This document shows positions 1 through 11,522 of a stretch of 64,000 nucleotides of DNA, one piece after another. The notes under the pieces were generated by a model. The model was not told the DNA's origin. It did no database searches and saw nothing but the letters and a program-made list of their open reading frames with translations. This stretch comes from Haplodiscus bocki (Eukaryota): NCBI GenBank assembly GCA_965655095.1, contig OZ296651.1, positions 30,752,001 through 30,816,000 on the forward strand, read 5' to 3'. Made by a program: the position numbers and the translations under genes. The first letter of the stretch is position 1, and each line of letters begins with the position of its first letter.

Positions 1-1072
1 AAAAATCAAAACGATCGATTGCTCTAAAAAGACAAGAAAACTGCCTATAAAATGTTTGGCAAGGTCAAGACATTGTGTATTTGGACAGAAGATTGAGAAA
101 AGCTAATGAACTGGGTACTTCTACTTTACATTGATACGGAAATCACCACAACAGAAGAGCATTCCAGAAGAAGAAGAACCGAAGAAATTTATCAACGCTA
201 AAAAAATCTAAATCAAAGGTTAACAGCTAGCCTGTGGCAAAAGTAAGGTAAAATTAAAACCTTGAAACTGTGATTAAACAGGCAAAACTTCTACAGCACT
301 GGAATCTATTCGAGGTCTAAAAGGAGACAACAACTTTGCAGGAACAAATATATCAGTTGCAAAATTGCCGTCAGCATCGTGTTACCTACTTTCTAAAACC
401 AAGACGAGATAAGGGTGCGCTAATACGGTTGAAGACTCAACTTCAAAAACTCTGCTTTTGGCAGATCTTGCTTTAAAGTAAGTTAACTTTATATGTTGTG
501 AATTTCGTTGTCAATAGTGGAAAGTTTGTGGTAGAAATTTCAGTCACTGAAGTCGGTTTTTTACCATGGCAAAATTACATTACATCCTAAACATCGATTA
601 TTTTTTCACTGAAAACACAATGACAATGACAAGAGTTCTACTTAGAATCATGAAATAAATTTTTATGGCAGTGAAGGCCATCCATGGCCTCATCATCACA
701 AAAAAAGACAAATGGCAATTTCACAACATTTTATCGGGACTCTTCCCAGAAACGATCTTTCCTCGGTTAAGGCATCGCAACAACTTTTATAATTGTTTTC
801 CCCAGAATACGATTTTTTATTTGACGTTTTTTTTTATTGCTGGTAACCCTCCCAGCTTGGGGGCTCTGAAAAGCATCGCTTGACTTTTGTTTTAGTAATA
901 AATGGTGGTATTGGAATTTATTAAGGTTTTTCAATAACGGAGCAAAGTCAAAGGCGTGATCACGAGTTCGTTTCAACAGTTTCAGCATAAATACTTCACC
1001 TTTGAGGAGTTTCAACACTACTTTAGAGATATCACTAACGTTTAAATCTTCCGAAGTAGTTTTCACAACACA

Positions 1073-1518
1073 TAAATTGGACGCTTAAAAAAAGTATTTA
1101 ACAAAATTAGTAAAACGTCAAAAAAACGATTGATTTACGACAAGCCATAAAATTAAAATTTTGTGACATGTCGTAAATCTCGGCTGTCAAGTTCCACAGG
1201 TTTCGCAGAGCTACTGTCGGGTTTTGACAATGGGTATAGTTTGACAAAACATCTATCTGTCGGGTTTCGACGGATGAGCAGAACAAAACCATAATCTCAC
1301 CAGATACGGAGAGTTTCACTTAACACTTTTTGCTGACAAGTGCTATAAAAGCTAAATGGGGAGTCGTCCACTTCCTTGAGTGCCCGAATTGTTTTTTTTC
1401 TGTCGCTACCTCTCTTCTAGAATTGAAAACCTTGTTCAATTCTCAACTTTGAAGTAAACTCTCAAGAAAGTCTACACAACCGTCTATTTTGTTTTCCCCA
1501 GTTCTGAGGAACACTATA
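1073..1518 (+). repeat. 5' LTR of Gypsy-1
   Basis: Colinear with 7106-7554 (shared TGTGACATG, AGCTACTGTCGG, GTCGGGT, GGAGTC, AGTTCTGAGGAAyACTATA). Ends in CTATA at 1518, followed by GTGGTG. Confidence 0.75.
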
Positions 1519-2379
1519 GTGGTGAAAAGGGCCAACAAAATCATCTTTCAAACAAATGTTATCTCTATAGCAATTCACTCTTTTCATCTGAAATCACTCA
1601 AGAGATTTCTTGGGCACCCGAAAATTTTCTTATCAACTTTGACAACTGCAAATAAAATCTGAAAACATCTTGGAGGCGCCAAATTGTCTCAGACCCAAAA
1701 GAACGAATAACTAGACATTGAAAACGTAAGTTTTGTTATATTCAGAATCTAAAAACAAATTTTTCACACTTTTGTAGTAGAAAATCTGTCTTCTACAGGA
1801 AAGCCTTCGATTCAAAGCTGTACATATCTGACATACGTAAAACCTGCTGAAAAAAGAGAAAATCACCAAAACCGGAGTTGCCGGGCAAAATCAAGCTAAA
1901 TTCTCCCTGTAATTAGCTAATAACTACAACTTCGATTTCTACTACTAAGGTTAGTTTGGTATCAATGTGAACGTCTTCCGAGCCACCAAAAAATTATAAA
2001 GATGACATTGGGGGAATTTCGACTTAAATTAGATTTATTTCATAAGATGCTCAGCGTCCTTGAGTAGACTTGTTTAAGATTAGTCGACCATTGAAAAACA
2101 AAAAACATCAAAACCAGAAGTAAATAAACAATTCTGGGATTCAACAAGGGGCCATACAAAGGAAAAAAGTGGGTTCCGCTGATTTCTTACAGTACTATTT
2201 TCGGTGTTTCGAGTTTTGAATTTACTGTAAAGACAAAAAAAGAAGTATAAAAAGAAAACAAAGTTTTGAAATAACGCAACACTAACAAGCAATACAAAAC
2301 AGTCCGAACTACCAACAGTTGTAAAACAAGTAGTTCGGCGTCGGTTTAGTAGAACTATAGCCACGGATGTTTCCAAGAG

Positions 2380-5300
2380 TTTTTTTACCGGAACCTGTCA
2401 CTGGCTCTAATGAAGTTGAAGGCTACTTAACGCACATTGAGCTTCTAGCGCATCTGCAAAAGTGGAGAAATGAAACGCACGAAGGAAATGAAGTCGGAAT
2501 AGATGAACGGCCGCACTGTTCCTGTTTTTGACTCCAGAAATCATCGATTGATTTTTACCGCACTTCTACAGTCGCGCAAAAATCGAGTTATGACGCAACA
2601 GTCCAAGCTTTCGGAAAGTAATATACTGAGAAACTAGTCGTTTTCTGGCGAAAATCTGCAAGAAGAATGCAACGTCCGGGGTTAATCTAATGGCCTTTTT
2701 GGGAGGTTTGCAGTGTTTGGCTATAGAAGCTAAAGAAATCAAATGAGATCTTGGACCCTTTGGTAGTGCGTGGATTCTTGGAGGGAATCCATAACAGTCA
2801 AATCAGAGGAGATTTGAGAAACGGCCTCGTAGACGCAGCGTAACAGCCAAAAAGGTTTTAGAAAAGACACTAAATCTTGAAACAGTTATCGCAATTGATG
2901 AGGAAAATAGAAAACCTGAAGTCCAAATTCTTCAGTTTGACAACACAGCGAGAAACTTTAACTCTGTGAAGAACCATGTTGAATTTTTGCCTTTCTCGTG
3001 GGATTCAAGCAGTGACAACCAAGGCTCGATCCGAGAAAGATAAAGCTTTGTAAGAGCTTCTCAGGAGAAAGTAACCAAAGCAGAGGAATTGGGGATAGGT
3101 TTAGATGTGATAGAGGGCGTACTGGTTACAAAAGAGGCAGATACTCAGCCCTAACTCCCAGATGATCATCTGAAAGCCGCGAACGGTCACAATCTCGAAT
3201 TTTCTGAATCTGATCGAGAAGTGGGTTTTCAAACTGTTAGCTGCCGGAAGTGCGTTGAACGTGGTCACTGAGCAAGAGAAGGCAAAAATTCTTAACAGTC
3301 TGGAAGTTGTCAACATTTTAGGAAAAGTTGGTTTTTTGTAAAATTGAAAAATGCTAATGTGGAGATGGCCAAACGTTCGCCCACCAAAAATAGGCCCTTG
3401 GTAAGAATGACAAAAGAAATGATGTCAACGGCAAGCGAGCATTGGAAGCAACGCTGCTGATAAAACTGATAAAAGGCAATTTGGCTGCTGCGTTGCTAGA
3501 TAGCGGCAGCAGTTTGTCAAAAGTTAGCTGGAAGTCCTTTCAATCACTGTGATTCAGTGGTGCATTGGAAGTCTTCAAGGGAAAAATTCTCACAGCGTAG
3601 AGTAACTGAAATCCCTTAGATCAAAAAGCAGAGCTCAAAGTTCAACTGGAAAAATTTGCAGCGGAGTTTCGGTTCGTTTTCTTTGTATTGACAGTAGACA
3701 TATTTCATTGTCTGTTGGTTTTGTATTTTCTGACCGAAATTGATTGCAAATTGTATGCCGTGGAAAAAAACTATTTTGCGGGAAGTCACCCCGAACGATA
3801 CCATTGAACTCAAGACTAACTAGTAGTGAGTCAACGTACCTAAAACTAGTTTTAAACGAAGCAGTTCCAACTAGGAGCGAAAGTTTACTGCGAGGCGAAT
3901 TAACAATTGAAGACGGTTCAAAAGTTCACAGCTACGGAGTAGGGGTAACTCCATTTTAACCATTCCATCAGTCAAATATGGGCAACACAATTCATAGGTA
4001 GAGATAACGAGGAAATTTGTTGAGTGCACTTTAAAAAGTTTCATAAATAAGATATTGCTACATACAAAAACTCCCGGGTCGGGATCTTGAAACTAATTGA
4101 GTTTGAATCAAACTTTTTCTCTACAAACAAAACCGACAAAACCGTCCACAAAGAAAAATTGAAATCCAAAAGCGTGTCAGAATTCGTGGCCAGCAGTTGT
4201 CTTTACCAGAACTGTATACAGTTAGCAACCTACGTCAGAAATTCAGAAAAGTCTTTTCGACAAGTCCGAATGACACAAGATTCGAAAATAAGATAGAGCA
4301 TCAAATCAAACTACAACCAGACGTGTAGCTTTTTCGTCGAGCCTATGGTAGCATGAGTTTTGACGAGGAAAGAGCAATGAAAACACTTTGAAAGGACAAT
4401 TCGGAGCGTATCTAAATACTCCAACATATTCCGACGGGGCTGCTCCAAGCATGTTGGTGCCCATAAAGAATGGGACATATCGTTCGGTTTCAGACTGCCG
4501 TGGACTTAATAGGCAAAAAGAAAAAAAACATGTTGGCCTCTTCCAAGAAATAAAGATGTGATCGATTCTTTAGGAGGAAATATGTTCTTCTCGAACTTTG
4601 ATTTAACGTCAGGTTATTTTGAAAAAGCCTCGAAAGAGGAGAACTACAACTTGACAGCTTTCATTACTCTAATGGGACTTTACAAGTAGAAACAACTACC
4701 AGTGGGACTGGCAACTGCACCTCTAGCATTCCAAAGCCTAATGGAATTGTTGCTCTGTGGTCTTTCTTACGAAGGTGCCCTGGTGTATTTGGATAACTTA
4801 ATTGTCTCCGGGAAAATTTTTGTGAAACATTTACTACGTTAAGAGTAGGTGTTTGTACACCTCGAGAAAAGCGGTCTGCAATAGGCTCCGAATGTGTTTT
4901 TTCCAGAATTGAATTCATTGTTAATTTCTGTGGGCTGTTGTTTTAGAAGAAGGAGTGGAAGTGGACCAACAGAAGTTGGAAACAGTAGAAAAAATGAAAT
5001 CACCAAGCAACTTGAAAGAAGTAAGAGCATGACTGGGTTTAGTTGGCTTCTGTAGAAAGAATACTCCAGTATTCGGCAAAGTTTCTGAACCTCCATACCA
5101 ACTACTGAAGAAGGAGAAGAAGTTTCTTTGGACAAAAGATTGCGAAGTTGACTTCCAAGAGTTGAAAAGGAAAATTCAATCAGCGCGCATCTTGGGCTAC
5201 CGAAACGACCACGACAGTTACACCTTAACCACAGATGCAACATTGTGGCATTGATGGCATTTTTTACTCTAAAGCAACAAGGAGTTGGTAGAAATAATGC

Positions 5301-5870
5301 ATTTGACGGCCAAACTCTGACCAAAAGTCGGAGGAACTACTCAGAAACAAAATGTGAGCCTTTCGCCATGGTGCACTTTACGAGTCAGTTCAAGACATAC
5401 CTACCGAGTCAGAAGTTTGTAAATGTCACGGACCATTGAGCATTTGTGTGGCTATATGGTTCAAAAGATACCGAAGGTATGAAAGCAAATTGGCTTGTAA
5501 AACTGGCATTTTAACTTCGAAATAAAACATAACGCAGGAAAAGACATACCTCATATCGATTGTCTGTCAGAAGGTAAAACCGGAAGGAGAGCGGGATAAT
5601 GAAGCTTGCGGCTTCTTTACCAAAAAGCGAGTCAGGATTCAAAAACGATACAACTAGTTCGTGGTAATTACTGCAAGACACAGACCAGAAAAGCATTGAA
5701 ATGTAGAAGAAACATGAAGAATACCTAGCTTAAGTCTTCTGTCGACTGAAAAACAAGCACAGACTTGAAGGCCGACAAATGACGGGGGATTCAAAGGATC
5801 TCGGGAAGTTATTGATTGTTTTTGGAAATTTATACAAAAATGATGTAATTCTCTACAGGAAGCGAGGAAT
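2380..5870 (+). pseudogene. gag-pol relic of Gypsy-1 (gag, CCHC knuckle, aspartic protease, RT, RNase H; integrase core apparently missing)
   Basis: FLPEPVTGSNEVEGYLTHIELLAHLQKW (gag), CRKCVERGH (~3243), LLDSGSS (~3493), FSNFDLTSGYF, LVYLDN (YxDD relic, 4786-4797), RRNYSETKCEPFAMVHF...VTDH (RNase H) and GKDIPHIDCLS. Many stops and frameshifts. Confidence 0.85.
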
Positions 5871-6234
5871 TGATAGAAGTGGACATTTCCAAAAGAAAGT
5901 AAAAATTGGGTTTCTCCATTGAGAAAAAACTTGTAGTAGGGAATAGGAACGACCTTTTCTAGTTGAAGGCAGGAAGTTTGGACGCCTTCAAAAACAAAGT
6001 TAGAAGTAAAAACAGGTTTCACGTTTTGTTTTTGATACAAAATTGGTCAAAATTGACTGTTCCGTTTCTTTTTACGGGGTTTTTGCTCGAAAATTTACAG
6101 GCAAGACACGTTTTTTTGTCGGTAACAAGTTTCAACCATAATGAACAAAAACTAGTGCAATTTTTAGGTTTTATGAACTCTCTGTTGTTTGAGTATACAT
6201 CCCAGACTTGGAGACACTGTTTACTACTTCCCTG

Positions 6235-6990
6235 ATGTCTTCGAAATCAAATCGGAGTTGCAGGCAGGTGTCTTCCGCGATGAAACTAAAGAGAGCAAAG
6301 GCCAAAAAGGTGCAGTTGTTGAGTCCCTTTATGCCTAATTGTTGGTTGAGAGGTCAAACAGAAAAAAGGCAGGTCTGTCAACAATCCGCGAACAAAGTGT
6401 TGCCTGACGAACGAGCGTAAGAGCCTAGTATATCAAAAAGAAGCCCTCCAACAGATTGTGTAGTCCTTTCAGAGGAAGTCAGAAGTGACCAAGGGTCAGC
6501 AGCTGCTTTAGAGAGACGCGGCTCATCAGAGCCAGCTTACACTCAAACAACATTTTAAAACATTCGTTAGTCTGACGGCAAAGTTGTAGGTGCAGGGTGA
6601 AATTACACTGCGGCGGCGGAAGAGATTGATCAGCAGGAGCGATCTCAAAGCTTGCTGGAACAGCTGAAAATGCAACAAGGCGCCGCTGCGACCCCACACA
6701 ATCATTTGATGACTCGCGACATTGCATATAAAATGGGCGAAGTTCTCACTTTGTACCAGCAGCTGCTGGTGCTTATTGACGCTCTCAAGGACTCAAATAC
6801 AAGGAAGTTCCGAAAGTTGAGCAGGTTTTGTCACCCAGAAAAACGTGGAACTCAGGAATTCTTTGTGCAGCTACACCATGCTCACTGACTTTTTACTGAC
6901 TCAGACGCCTGCAATGTTTTTGAAATCGAGGTTTGCGAAGCTGCAGGAGACGTTATGTGTTTGAAAGAAGTCTCAATTTCTGATCATTGT
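6235..6990 (+). pseudogene. Extra retroelement ORF with C-terminal DnaJ/J-domain (interrupted by stops)
   Basis: ORFs 6208 and 6652 are in the same frame. TLYQQLLVLIDALKDSNTRKFRKLSRFCHPEKRGTQEFFVQLHHAH*LFTDSDACNVF follows the J-domain pattern (YxxL...RKL...HPDK...F..L..AY..L.D). Confidence 0.7.
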
Positions 6991-7105
6991 TTTTGCCTGG
7001 GCGTTTGTTTGTTTTCCTCGCTGTCTCTTGCTTTGTTCTTGCTTTCTTATTTCGGTCTCTATTTTGTTGTGATGAGGCTGACTTCTCTCTTTCAGAAGGG
7101 AACAG

Positions 7106-7554
7106 TATAGGTTACCTGAAAAAGTTTTCCGGGAAAATAATTAAAATGTTAATAAAGACGAATAAATTACGATTGGCCTCAAAGTTTTAATCATGTGACA
7201 TGTTACATTTTTTGACTGTTGAGTTCAACAGCTTTCACAAAGCTACTGTCGGCTTGCGACAGTTGGTTTATTCTCACTGAACAGCTTTAGGTCGGGTCTC
7301 TGCGAATCAGCTGAACAATACCATGATCTCAGGATAATATCGAGTGTTTGCCTGACAGTAGTCGCTGAGAAGGTGTCTAGAGGCTAAGTGAGGAGTCAGC
7401 CATTTGCTTTGGTGCATGAATTTTCCAATTTTTTGTTTCAAACCGACCTCTTTTCTGGAGTTGAAAAACCCTATTATTTCCTCAACCTTGAAATGAACTC
7501 TCCAGGAAATCTCCGTAGACTTCCTCTTTTTCCCTAGTTCTGAGGAATACTATA
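7106..7554 (+). repeat. 3' LTR of Gypsy-1
   Basis: Begins TATAG right after the purine tract AGAAGGGAACAG (7094-7105) and ends CTATA, giving inverted TATAG...CTATA termini. Homologous to 1073-1518. Confidence 0.8.
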
Positions 7555-7612
7555 CCTGGCAAAATTTCTTCAATAGCGGCTTCAATCGTTTTTCGTAGAG
7601 TGTCAGTCAGAA

Positions 7613-7870
7613 CTAACATTCAAAGCAATACTCTAATCTGAATAAGAGATACTTAGCCACAAATTCCGAACTTTGGGTTGTAAGTGGGAGAGGCAACTCA
7701 GAGCAAACTTTGTGATAGCAGCCATCACATAGATTCAGTCCGCCAATCTCACCTTTTTTGGATGATCCATATCTGTTGTTTTCGCCACTTTCATCTTTGG
7801 CTGAAACCGTTGCAACGTTGGCAGGTCTACACATTGGGATGATCGTTTCAGTAGATCCAGTCAGTAGCAC
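7613..7870 (-). pseudogene. Possible PHD-finger-like ORF relic
   Basis: LCDGCYHKVC...LEYCFEC resembles the second half of a PHD finger. Short and degenerate. Confidence 0.3.
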
Positions 7871-8610
7871 TCCTGAAAAGCAATTTTTTTATCTGTTTGA
7901 TAAATTACTCAACAATCCGGCTGCAAACGGCAATGTGATGTATAAATTAACTCATCCGATGACTATTTAGCAAGTTTATCACAACAAGCGCCTAATGGAC
8001 GAACGTTTGAATGCCCTGTAACAATATCGCGAAATCGTAAAAGATATCTCACCTCTGTTGCGCCTTGTTAGTCAATTTTATCGCCATTAACTTCACTCCG
8101 TCATTTCGATACACGTTGCGTTGGCCCGTTCTGCTCGTGGATACCAGAAATTCTTGCTTCTAGCGTTTTAAATGCAAGTTGTTCGACGCACTCATGTGTT
8201 CGTGCCCCCAAGCTTTCATGGAAATATGATACTGAAATATGGTTTTGTTCGTACGCGTTAGAAAGTATTCAAATTTTCAAAACACAGAGCGATTGGATCA
8301 AAAATTCGGCTTATTGCAACCTTGTTCCAAATTTTCGCTAGTTCGGACATTCGGGATGCTATCAACTCAAATGACTGCAGAAGCCTGAAAATGTAACATC
8401 ACAATCACACGAAAACTTGGGGGGACGCACTTCTGATGAAACTCAAGCCTTTAGATTGCTTTTGCTTCTTTCTAATCGACGAATGTAAGTTTTCCTACAT
8501 ATTCTGTTAATTTGGGGGTTTTTCCAAGTGCTTCAATGTTCGAGTCACGGTAGGGATTATTTTTGTTCACTTCCGGGCCTGAAACTATTAATCTGTTTTA
8601 TTTTTTGCAG

Positions 8611-9618
8611 ATGGATGTGTCATGCGCAATTCATAAACAGCCGTCCAAATATTTTTGCTGCTCTTGTAATTCAAGGTTGTGCGATGAATGTTGGGTTAGC
8701 AACCATTCAGAACATTCTGTTCAGCTCGTTGCAATTTGGCGCAAACAGAAGTTGAAAGAAATTGTTAATGAGAAGGCGTTAGATAATGCTGTTGAAAAAT
8801 TAGAAACCCGTTGGCAGAACTTGAAAGGCTTATCCTTCAATTTAAAACTGCTTTCTTCGGATATTGACAACTTGCTTCTGGAAACTGCAGATATGTTGCA
8901 GAAGGTTCAGAAACTGAAAACACCGGATAATTGCAACTATCAAGATTTAAATGATGGTCAATTTCAAAAACTTCTAACCTGTTTTGAAAATGACTCGTCC
9001 GGTACAACAAACGAACCTTATTCAGTTGTTGAAAGCAGATTATTGCAGTTGTCGAAATTCGCCATTGGTTTAAAAAACAGTTATTCCAAAGACAATGCCT
9101 CGACAGATACCAACAATGGGGCAAAAAATAGAACTAACGTTAAAAAGACAGTGACTAAAAGTGCTCAGAAAATTACTCAACCTCTCAGTTCTCAAATGCT
9201 GGAGCTATCTTGGGATTTGGATCATCTTCGCACGGTCAAAACCGGAACTTCTCGGCCGTCTGAATTTCAAATTAAAAATGGGGCAAAATGGCACATTTCT
9301 GTCAGTCGTAATATGAAAGAAGGATCGAAAAATCTTCTGATGTATAGTTTCACCCTCAATTTTCTTATTCTGAACGCTAAGGAGTTTGCTGATATTTTTG
9401 GGAAAAATTTCAGCATCTGTTTCAAATTAGTTAATTTGAAAAATAAAGAGAAGTCACACACGCGAAATGTAAAGTGGAAGGCGCCCAATATTTCCGAGAA
9501 CTTTTCTTACAGTGTAACGGCTGAAAATATGATCGAATCTGGGCAATATCTGAATCCCGAAAACAACTATCTCTACAATGAGAGGCATCAGATCAACTGT
9601 GTAGTTATGAAGCTCTAA
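8611..9618 (+). CDS. B-box zinc finger / coiled-coil / MATH(TRAF)-like protein (RING-less TRIM-like)
   Basis: Uninterrupted ORF. CAIHKQPSKYFCCSCNSRLCDECWVSNHSEHSV is a B-box type 2, followed by a heptad-rich helix. C-terminal LELSWDL...SEFQIKNGAKWHISV...FSICFKLVN resembles a MATH domain. The ATG at 8611 directly follows a splice acceptor (TTTTTTGCAG), with a candidate GTAAGT donor at 8485. Confidence 0.8.
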   Translation: MDVSCAIHKQPSKYFCCSCNSRLCDECWVSNHSEHSVQLVAIWRKQKLKEIVNEKALDNAVEKLETRWQNLKGLSFNLKLLSSDIDNLLLETADMLQKVQKLKTPDNCNYQDLNDGQFQKLLTCFENDSSGTTNEPYSVVESRLLQLSKFAIGLKNSYSKDNASTDTNNGAKNRTNVKKTVTKSAQKITQPLSSQMLELSWDLDHLRTVKTGTSRPSEFQIKNGAKWHISVSRNMKEGSKNLLMYSFTLNFLILNAKEFADIFGKNFSICFKLVNLKNKEKSHTRNVKWKAPNISENFSYSVTAENMIESGQYLNPENNYLYNERHQINCVVMKL

Positions 9619-10208
9619 GCTTCCTGAACCTTTGCTGCAGCAAAATTCGTGTTATAGAAGACATTTCACTGTTTCCCATTTTTTTTGTATCAGACTTGCA
9701 TAGCTTTCGGTGTTTTTGTTGCATCGTAAATTTGACATTCCGCATGTTTATTAATTTGATAAGAAAACGTATTTTGTAGCAAATCGATTTTGATCTCTTG
9801 ATTTTGCATTTTAATTCGAATTGCGTGAACTGTAAAGAATCCCTTATACTCGTTTTTTTTCAGAAAATGTGAAACGCAGCGATGATTTTCAAAAACAGCG
9901 ATATGTTTGCATCAATATCTCTGCCGCATAAAAGTGGCTTCTTCAGTCGAGAATATCATTATCTTTTTCTAGTTGCACTGACAACAAGGATAACTACCCT
10001 CATCAAGGAAGTTTTCTTGTCCAATATCAAGTTCCGGATATCTTTCAACAGAACAACGCCATACACAGGACTGGGAAAGTTTTTGTTTTCACCGTGCTGG
10101 AAATATTTTTCAAACAAACCTTTCTTTCAACAAAGTACCTGTTCAAGCATTCTAGGACCTTCCTGCAAGCTAAAAACGTTCTCTACTGGTGTTTTTGTTC
10201 GTTACGAA

Positions 10209-10785
10209 ATGTACCACGTTGTTTCAATGATTGTCGGTACATCCATACGTAGAGAGAGCGTGGGCTCTCTTCCCTGGGTGCCCTTCGGGGGTACCCAGGA
10301 ACGTGAAGTCAAAGCCCAACGCAGTTTTTCTTTTCCCGTGGAGAAATTGTTCAAACCCGTCAGAGAAGAAACTTTTGTTTCGACAGATCGACATCTTATT
10401 TCGACCACGAGCATGCCCAATATATTTTTGAGAGATAACACCGTCTGTGAGAAAGAATTTTCAAAGCAAAAAATGTCAGAGAGTATTAGTTCCGAAAATT
10501 CTGATGATTTTATTGTCTTCGAATCTTCTCTGCTCGCAGAATCTGATCAAAACCAGGAATCAGAAAGCGAGGTTTCATCTTCGGAAGAATCTTCTGAAGA
10601 TGGAAGTTGTTCATCCGATGATGACGAAAACGGTTGGACAAGCGACTGCGAGCAGTTGTGTATCAGCTTGATGCAACATTCGTCCTCGGCTAAATCTACA
10701 AGTTCATTCACGAAAAAGGCTTCAGAGACTACTCATGATACGGAAAGCTCAGATGAAAACATACTTTCATTTAATCAACATGAAG
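10209..10785 (+). CDS. PPP1R15: PPP1R15 (GADD34/CReP)-like gene, coding exon 1 (start codon uncertain; in-frame ATGs also at 9882 and 9903)
   Basis: Acidic/Ser-rich ORF. A phase-1 donor AG|GTGAAT at 10786 joins in frame to the acceptor TTTTAG| at 10956. Confidence 0.65.
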
Positions 10786-10956
10786 GTGAATTAATTTCTT
10801 TTAAAAGCTCGGGAATAGTTGACACTATGTAAATTCTTAAATTCTTTTTTAGTCGCTCTATTTCTAAAACTCTAGTTCTTAAGATCCCTCTAGTGCATCA
10901 AAGAGCCGAGCCAGTCAGTGTAAAGCTTTGAAAATATTCACCTGACATGGTTTTAG

Positions 10957-11522
10957 ATTTCCGTCCCCAGAGGCAACCGATTCCTGCAGATAAGAATCTT
11001 TGCTGGAATTCTGAAAATGACAGTGGAATTGGCTCGGGAAGCAGCAATCCATCGGATTCTTCCACTGGTGATGAAGATGCAGCCTCCAAAGACATGAATC
11101 AAATCAGGAGCTGTACTCTAAGCAACGTTTTTTCACCCAATTCTCGAAAGTTAACCCGTAACATCAGTTGTCCCTCAATAATCTCTCGACCCATCACTCT
11201 ATCAGTTTTGCCTTTGGAAGCAACGTGGTGTAATGATACACTAGGCCCAGATTCACCTGTCTATCTTCGCTCAGATCCGAGCAATGAGTCTGATTGGGAA
11301 TCTGATACTGAGAGTGAGGACGTGGAGACACATTATCCCTCCCGAACAACCAAGTCTAAAGTGAAAGCAGCCGCTAATGCTAAGCTGTCTGATGACGCAT
11401 CTGCAACCGAATGGGACACTGGTCTTCTCAAGAATTGTTTCTGCTCATCCAAAACAATCCTCAAATGCAGTTTTTGCGTTGAGCTCAGAAAAACAAATTC
11501 CCATTCTACACATGAAAGAACA
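10957..11522 (+). CDS. PPP1R15: PPP1R15-like gene, coding exon 2
   Basis: PEST-like acidic segments (DSGIGSGSS, ESDWESDTESED). Ends ...HERT at a canonical phase-0 GTAAGT donor (11523). Confidence 0.7.

Larger units (their letters stand above)
1073..7554 (+). mobile_element. Decayed Ty3/Gypsy LTR retrotransposon (Gypsy-1)
   Basis: Two diverged ~450 bp direct repeats flank gag, protease, RT and RNase H relics in Gypsy order. A PBS-like TGGTG follows the 5' repeat and a purine tract precedes the 3' repeat. The left boundary is approximate. Confidence 0.85.

Noticed and set aside
1-480. Fragment of another retroelement pol (macro-domain-like region)
   Set aside because: Only vague resemblance and too degenerate to call.
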